Below are positions 56,737-64,000 of a DNA stretch of 64,000 bases, one piece after another. Position numbers and translations under genes: made by a program. Origin of the DNA: Candidatus Saccharimonadota bacterium (GTDB taxonomy: Bacteria; Patescibacteriota; Saccharimonadia; Saccharimonadales; Saccharimonadaceae). The DNA is taken from the NCBI GenBank assembly GCA_024699125.1, contig JAILQE010000007.1:2236-66235 (forward strand). The letters are read 5' to 3'. Below the pieces are notes generated by a model, which saw only the letters and a program-made list of their open reading frames with translations, was not told the DNA's origin and ran no database searches. Positions within the stretch are counted from its first letter, which is position 1. Every line of letters starts with the position of its first letter.

Positions 56737-58287
56737 ATGAAAAAACCAAAGACCTACCAACAAGTAATTGGTGAAACCATCGAACAAATGCGCCTCGAAA
56801 AAGGCTGGACGCAGGGCGAACTTGCCGCTGCCGTTGGTTCATCACAGTCTGCAATTCACCGCATCGAAAAAGGCGGCCAAAATATTTCGCTTGAAATGAT
56901 CAAGAAGCTTTCCGAAGCTCTTGGTAACCAAATTCTCTCTATTAATGACTCCGTTTCGCAGAGTTTTCGTATTCGCGGTGGCAAAGAGCTTGCTGGCGAG
57001 ATTACCGTTAATACTTCCAAAAACGCAGCCGTTGCTTTGCTTTGTGCGGCACTTTTGAATTCCGGCAAAACTGTTTTGCATCGTGTTGCGCGCATCGAAG
57101 AAGTCTTTCGTATTATTGAAGTTTTGGAATCGATTGGCGTAAAATGCCATTGGCAAAATCGTCATCGTGACCTTGAAATTATATCACCCCGCGAATTGAA
57201 ACTTGATGAAATGAATATTGAGGCCGCGCGCAAAACCCGTTCTATCATTATGTTCCTTGGCCCATTGCTTCATTTTTATAAAAAGTTCGAAATTCCATAT
57301 GCTGGCGGTTGTTCGCTTGGTACTCGCACGGTTGAGCCACACCTCAAAGCTTTGGAAAGCTTTGGCCTTCAGGTTGATGCTACCAAAAATAGTGGTTTTT
57401 ACAGTGTAGAAGTTGATCAAAAAACCTTGAAGAAAACTACCGACCGCCGCATTATTCTTACTGAACGTGGCGACACTGTCACTGAAAACATTTTGATGGC
57501 CGCCGCACTTTGTCCAGGCAAAACCACCATCGTGGGCGCCTCACCAAACTACATGGTGCAAGACGTTTGTTTCTTCCTCGAAAAACTTGGCGTCAAAATC
57601 AGCGGTATTGGCACCACGACTTTGGTTGTGCGTGGCCGCCAAAGATTCAATTCCGACGTTGAATACTACATTTCTGAAGACCCAATCGAAGCCATGTCGT
57701 TTATCGCCGCTGCGTTTGCTACGCATTCCGAAATTACTTTGCTTCGTGCACCAATCGAATTTTTGGAAGTAGAGCTTGAGGTTTTGAAAAACATGAACGC
57801 TAAATTTGAAATTAGCGAAGAGTATCTTTCCAACAATGGTCGTACGCGTCTTGTTGATTTGACTGTTAAAAAATCCGACCTCGTGGCGCCAATCGATAAA
57901 ATTCATCCGATGCCATTCCCGGGTCTCAATATTGACAACTTGCCATTCTTCTCGGTGATTGCCGCCGTGGCCGAAGGCCGCACTTTGATTCACGACTGGG
58001 TATTCGAAAACCGCGCCATTTACACGGCTGAACTTGCGAACTTAAATGCCAAGGTCGAGTTGCTTGACGCTCACCGCATTTACGTAGAAGGTCCAACCAA
58101 CTGGCATGCCGCTGAGCTCGTGGCTCCACAAGCTTTGCGCCCAGCCGTCGTGATTTTGATCGCGATGCTCGCCGCTCCTGGCACTTCGATTCTCCGCAAT
58201 GTTTATCCAATCAACCGCGGCTATCAAGATTTCGCTGCCCGCTTAAGACATTTAGGTGCAGACATTTCACCACTCACTGGTATTTAA
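56737..58287 (+). CDS. murA: UDP-N-acetylglucosamine 1-carboxyvinyltransferase fused to an N-terminal XRE-type HTH domain
   Basis: aa ~8-66 (IEQMRLEKGWTQGELAAAVGSSQSAIHRIEKGGQNISLEMIKKLSEAL) is an XRE HTH. From aa ~77, FRIRGGKELAGEITVNTSKNAAVALL ... YAGGCSLGTRTVEPH carries the catalytic Cys loop. TGGTATAAT lies 7 nt upstream. Confidence 0.85.
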   Translation: MKKPKTYQQVIGETIEQMRLEKGWTQGELAAAVGSSQSAIHRIEKGGQNISLEMIKKLSEALGNQILSINDSVSQSFRIRGGKELAGEITVNTSKNAAVALLCAALLNSGKTVLHRVARIEEVFRIIEVLESIGVKCHWQNRHRDLEIISPRELKLDEMNIEAARKTRSIIMFLGPLLHFYKKFEIPYAGGCSLGTRTVEPHLKALESFGLQVDATKNSGFYSVEVDQKTLKKTTDRRIILTERGDTVTENILMAAALCPGKTTIVGASPNYMVQDVCFFLEKLGVKISGIGTTTLVVRGRQRFNSDVEYYISEDPIEAMSFIAAAFATHSEITLLRAPIEFLEVELEVLKNMNAKFEISEEYLSNNGRTRLVDLTVKKSDLVAPIDKIHPMPFPGLNIDNLPFFSVIAAVAEGRTLIHDWVFENRAIYTAELANLNAKVELLDAHRIYVEGPTNWHAAELVAPQALRPAVVILIAMLAAPGTSILRNVYPINRGYQDFAARLRHLGADISPLTGI

Positions 58288-58288
58288 T

Positions 58289-58370
58289 AAAAGCAATTTA
58301 GCAATTTTTTGGAGAGCGCTCCTGGCCGCTAGGCCAAGTCTTACTCTCCAAAAAATTCTAAATTGCTTTT
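58289..58370 (+). terminator. Very long nested inverted repeat acting as the murA terminator
   Basis: Arms 58289-58316 and 58344-58370 form 14 + 12 bp with a small internal loop. The centre holds the inner hairpin CCTGGCC-gcta-GGCCAAG. A T-run follows. Confidence 0.6.
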
Positions 58371-58420
58371 TAAATACCATGGGGGTTTAAATATCGTGCC
58401 AAATGTTTTAAGATGGTTAG

Positions 58421-60445
58421 GTGAATATCTTAGAAAAGCTTAATTCAGCTCAAGCAGATGCGGTACAAACTTTGGAAGGGCCGCTTCTAATTTTGGCGGG
58501 CGCTGGCTCTGGCAAAACCAAAACTTTGACGCATCGCATCGCGAATTTAATTGCAAATGGCGTTAATCCAAACAATATTTTGGCTGTGACTTTTACCAAC
58601 AAAGCCGCGCGCGAAATGCGCGAGCGCCTTTGGAAACTTTTAAACGACACCAATGGCGACGTGGTGCCGCGTAGTTTTATGCCGTACATGGGTACCTTCC
58701 ACGGCATTTGTGTAAAGATTTTGCGCATCGAGTCCGAAGCCGCCGGACTTGATAAAAATTTTGTGATTTATGATACAGATGATCAAATTTCGCTCATCAA
58801 ACACATCATCAAAGATTTAGATATGGCGAGCGACAAATCGCTGAAGCCAAAATCCATTCAGTCGATTATTAGCAAAGCCAAGAACGAAGGTCAATCGCCA
58901 GACGATTATGCGGCTGCCGCGTGTTATCCAAACCAAAAGCAAACTGCCAAAATTTTTGCACGTTATGAAACCGAAAAAACTCGTGCGAACGCACTCGATT
59001 TTGACGATTTACTTTTAAAGGCTTTGGAACTTTTCCAGAATAATCCAGACATTCGCAAAAAATGGCAAACCAAATTTGAGCACATTTTGATTGACGAGTA
59101 TCAGGATACCAACATTATTCAATATCAACTTATTAAACTTCTCGTCAACAAAAATCGCAACATTTGCGTGGTGGGCGATGACTGGCAGTCGATTTATTCG
59201 TGGCGCGGTGCCGACTTCACTAACATTCTGCATTTTGAACGCGATTTTCCGGGCGCCAAAGTTATCAAGCTCGAACAAAACTATCGTTCCACTGCAAACA
59301 TTTTGGACGCGTCGCAAAAAATCATCACCAAAAACAAAACTCGCACCGACAAAACTTTGTTTACCGAAGCCGAAAAAGGCGAGCCGGTGGATGTAGAATC
59401 TTTGCGTGATGAAAACGAAGAAGCAAACTACGTGGCGCGCAAGATTTTTGAATACCACCGCCAGTATCCAAACTTTTCTGACTTCGCTGTTTTATATCGC
59501 ACCAACGCGCAGTCCTACACTTTTGAAAAAGCCTTCATGAACATGCGCATCCCGTACAAAATTATTGGCGGCGTACGTTTCTATGATCGCAAAGAAGTCA
59601 AAGACGTGCTTGCAATTTTGAAGGTGCTCGTAAACCAGCGCGACAAAATCAGTTTAGAACGCGTGGTGAAAAATGTTTTGTCCGGCATCGGTGATGCGTC
59701 GCTCGCAAAAATTCTCGCTGCTGTTGACGCAATCGAGGAAGCTGAACCGTTGAAAGATCCAGACCTTGTGGATGTGTTAACTGCTGCCAAGGCTAAAAAC
59801 GCATTTAATAAGTTTTTGAATTTCATCAAAACTACACCGCTCGATTTATCGCCGGCCGAAATCACGAAAAAAGCCATCGAATATTTTGATTTTGAAACTT
59901 TACTCACGGACGGCACACCAACCGGCGAAGAACGTATCGCAAACCTCGGCGTGCTTATAGGTAACGCCAACGGCTACGAAACCATAGATGAATTTTTGGC
60001 CGACGCCACCTTGATGTCTTCCGCCGACGAAGCTTCGAGCGATAACGCGGTTACTTTGATGACGATGCATGCAGCTAAAGGTCTAGAATTCCCGGTAGTA
60101 TTTTTGGTTGGTATGGAAGACGGCTTATTCCCGAGCTCCCGCGTAGACGACGAAGCCGCGCTCGAAGAAGAGCGCCGCCTAGCTTACGTTGGCATGACGC
60201 GCGCTATGAAAAAACTTTTCCTTACCTACGCCGCTTCGCGTTACAGTTTTGGCGAACGCAGCTACAATATGCCGTCGCGTTTCTTAATTGAGCTCGGTTA
60301 CAATCCATATGGCTCGAACCAATTTTATGGCAACAACGATTCATATGACGACGACAACGACGGCTTCAAGGACTACGACGAATTCGACGATTCCGACTTC
60401 CCAGCAGATGACCCATTCCCGGACGACGGCCCAATTTATTACTAG
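58421..60445 (+). CDS. pcrA: UvrD/PcrA-family ATP-dependent DNA helicase with an acidic C-terminal tail
   Basis: AGAGSGKTKTLTHRI Walker A, DEYQDTN, and QNYRS. GTG start. Confidence 0.9.
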   Translation: MNILEKLNSAQADAVQTLEGPLLILAGAGSGKTKTLTHRIANLIANGVNPNNILAVTFTNKAAREMRERLWKLLNDTNGDVVPRSFMPYMGTFHGICVKILRIESEAAGLDKNFVIYDTDDQISLIKHIIKDLDMASDKSLKPKSIQSIISKAKNEGQSPDDYAAAACYPNQKQTAKIFARYETEKTRANALDFDDLLLKALELFQNNPDIRKKWQTKFEHILIDEYQDTNIIQYQLIKLLVNKNRNICVVGDDWQSIYSWRGADFTNILHFERDFPGAKVIKLEQNYRSTANILDASQKIITKNKTRTDKTLFTEAEKGEPVDVESLRDENEEANYVARKIFEYHRQYPNFSDFAVLYRTNAQSYTFEKAFMNMRIPYKIIGGVRFYDRKEVKDVLAILKVLVNQRDKISLERVVKNVLSGIGDASLAKILAAVDAIEEAEPLKDPDLVDVLTAAKAKNAFNKFLNFIKTTPLDLSPAEITKKAIEYFDFETLLTDGTPTGEERIANLGVLIGNANGYETIDEFLADATLMSSADEASSDNAVTLMTMHAAKGLEFPVVFLVGMEDGLFPSSRVDDEAALEEERRLAYVGMTRAMKKLFLTYAASRYSFGERSYNMPSRFLIELGYNPYGSNQFYGNNDSYDDDNDGFKDYDEFDDSDFPADDPFPDDGPIYY

Positions 60446-60498
60446 AGCTTGACTTCTTATACCTCTTGTGCTTATATATAATATATATAGGCTACACT

Positions 60499-62679
<2,181 letters not shown>

Positions 62680-62743
62680 ATTGAACAGACGTTGGCGAAG
62701 CCCGGCAGTTCCCAACAAAAATAGACTTGCTGAAGCCTATGCA

Positions 62744-62819
62744 TGGTCTGGGTGATCAGATTCGAACTGACGACCTCAGCGTCCCGAACGCTGCGCGCTA
62801 CCAACTGCGCCACACCCAG
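62744..62819 (-). tRNA. tRNA-Pro (anticodon CGG)
   Basis: Manual fold: CTGGGTG acceptor, anticodon stem-loop CAGCG-TTCGGGA-CGCTG, T arm GTCAG-TTCGAAT-CTGAT, ACCA end. TGCTATAAT lies 9 nt upstream. Confidence 0.85.
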
Positions 62820-62940
62820 ATTGGATTTATTATAGCACGAAAAAACTTAACCCTAAGTTTTAAAAACATAAGTCGCCGTTTAACAGGGAAAGAAAAAATC
62901 TTATTGATAAGATTTAAAAACTTAATATTGAGTTTCGGAA

Positions 62941-63148
62941 AGACCAGGTTTAAAAAAACTAACCAAAGTTAGTTTTCTTAAACCTGGTCTGGGTGACAGG
63001 ACTTGCCCGCCGAAGTCGGCCACAGTCCTGCTTTTTTGAAGTTTTTGTGACAACAAAAATGGGGCTTATTTTTGCTGCGCGAAAATAAAAGCCCACTGCG
63101 GATACTCAAAAAAGCCAAAGCAAGCTTTGGTTTTTATCCGTATCCTTG
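62941..63148 (-). repeat. tRNA-Pro(TGG) trailer: ~143-nt hairpin-rich insert bounded by a 21-nt exact copy of the tRNA 3' end, plus a 50-nt hairpin
   Basis: TGGTCTGGGTGACAGGACTTG at 62985-63005 equals 63149-63169. Hairpins lie at 62941-62990, 62997-63030, 63042-63060, 63058-63096 and 63099-63140. Confidence 0.75.
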
Positions 63149-63224
63149 TGGTCTGGGTGACAGGACTTGAACCTGCGACCTCGACTTCCCAAAAGTCGCG
63201 CGCTACCAACTGTGCTACACCCAG
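63149..63224 (-). tRNA. tRNA-Pro (anticodon TGG)
   Basis: Manual fold: CTGGGTG acceptor, anticodon stem-loop CGACT-TTTGGGA-AGTCG, T arm CAGG-TTCAAGT-CCTG, ACCA end. TGATATAAT lies 11 nt upstream. Confidence 0.85.
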
Positions 63225-63332
63225 ACGGTACGATTATTATATCACATTTTCCAAGAAATGGGCAAAAAACAGATGCTTTATTATGATTGTGTTATTTGCT
63301 ATAATACCATTAATTAAACGGAAATTATTTTT

Positions 63333-63950
63333 ATGGATTCAAACCCTAACACTGAACAGAATACAAACGTTAATTCTCAAGCAGCCCCTGCTCCAACGGC
63401 TCCGGTCGCACCAGCTCCAGCTCCAGCCCCAGCTCCTACTCCGGTTACGCCAGCTCCAGCCGTCCAGGCTACTGCGCCAGAAGCAAAAAAGAAGAATACG
63501 GGTCTAATTATTGCTATAGTGATAGGTTCTCTTTTAGTAATTGGGGTTATAGCTTATATAGTTGAAAAAATTCTTTTTCCTAGTGTTGTCGTAGGCGACT
63601 GGGCCTGCACGAAGTATAGCAATGCGAGCGGCACGCCAAGCGTTGAGGTTATCCTCAATAAAGACGGCTCCTACATGTATGGCAAATATGGCGATATTAA
63701 AAATAATCACTTCTCGGGCAAAACCTACGAAGCGACAAAGCTAGAAAAAGGTACAGACCTAGGCGGGGCAGTTGATTACATGATTAAGTTTGGTCCAGTT
63801 ACGGAATTTGTTTCAGACGGTGTTAAAGGCGATCCATCCGAGCACGAAGTAGACGACTTGGAGATGATTATTACTGAACAGTCTGGCAAGAGACAAGCCA
63901 CCGCTATGCATGCTCATACCTACAATACCTACAGTTGCGAAGCTAAATAA
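63333..63950 (+). CDS. Hypothetical membrane-anchored protein with an Ala/Pro-rich N-terminal tail
   Basis: APAPTAPVAPAPAPAPAPTPVTPAP, then one TM helix and a globular C-terminal part. Confidence 0.45.
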   Translation: MDSNPNTEQNTNVNSQAAPAPTAPVAPAPAPAPAPTPVTPAPAVQATAPEAKKKNTGLIIAIVIGSLLVIGVIAYIVEKILFPSVVVGDWACTKYSNASGTPSVEVILNKDGSYMYGKYGDIKNNHFSGKTYEATKLEKGTDLGGAVDYMIKFGPVTEFVSDGVKGDPSEHEVDDLEMIITEQSGKRQATAMHAHTYNTYSCEAK

Positions 63951-64000
63951 TCTTATGTTCGGCATATTCATGCTAAAATAAATATGTTAAGGAGATAGAA

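Overview
This is a dense 64-kb chromosomal window, mostly housekeeping genes, read with the standard bacterial code (TAA, TAG and TGA all end well-conserved genes).

**Content**
- Core genes: nusA, dnaK (with two CIRCE operators), ruvB, yebC, comEC, aspS, RNase J, ligA, pyk, pgk, an HTH-murA fusion, pcrA/uvrD and lemA-htpX.
- Type IV pilus and DNA-uptake parts: a PilB-like ATPase, three prepilin-type genes plus a PilX-like gene, and a TfoX-like gene.
- Envelope glycosylation genes: GT4, two GT8, an O-antigen-ligase-like protein, an acyltransferase and a NodB deacetylase.
- Three large secreted proteins: a 1523-aa and a 628-aa protein with Fibrobacter-type (FISUMP) lectin-like domains and CUB-like modules, and a beta-helix protein with an LPXTG-like sorting signal.
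- 13 tRNA genes: Lys-CTT, Met-CAT, Ser-TGA, Arg-CCG, Arg-TCG, Arg-TCT, Ile-TAT, Leu-TAA, Cys-GCA, Gly-GCC, Glu-TTC, Pro-CGG and Pro-TGG.
- I recognised no rRNA, CRISPR array, transposase, integrase or reverse transcriptase.

The gene content fits a reduced monoderm lineage such as Patescibacteria/Saccharibacteria. That is an impression, not a demonstrated assignment.

**Most unusual signals**
1. Nearly every tRNA gene is followed by a 100-250 nt, hairpin-dense, non-coding trailer.
   - The trailer starts at or within 2 nt of the encoded CCA at six tRNAs (Lys, Met, Ser, Ile, Cys, Pro-TGG).
   - Two trailers (Met, Ile) are perfect cloverleaf-like four-way junctions with unrelated sequences.
   - Several end in exact or degenerate copies of the tRNA 3' end: 21 nt at Pro-TGG, 15 nt at Ser, 14 nt at Glu.
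   - Fragments of one tRNA's 3' end turn up in the trailer of another tRNA.
   - Together this suggests a family of small structured elements that target tRNA 3' ends.
2. At about 17 genes an extended -10 box (TGnTATAAT) sits 6-7 nt upstream of the start codon, which predicts leaderless mRNAs. At most tRNAs the same box sits 7-11 nt upstream of the mature 5' end.
3. Short islands of unknown ORFs, each with a Shine-Dalgarno (SD) site, lie next to tRNA genes.

All coordinates and folds were worked out by hand. No database search or folding program was run.
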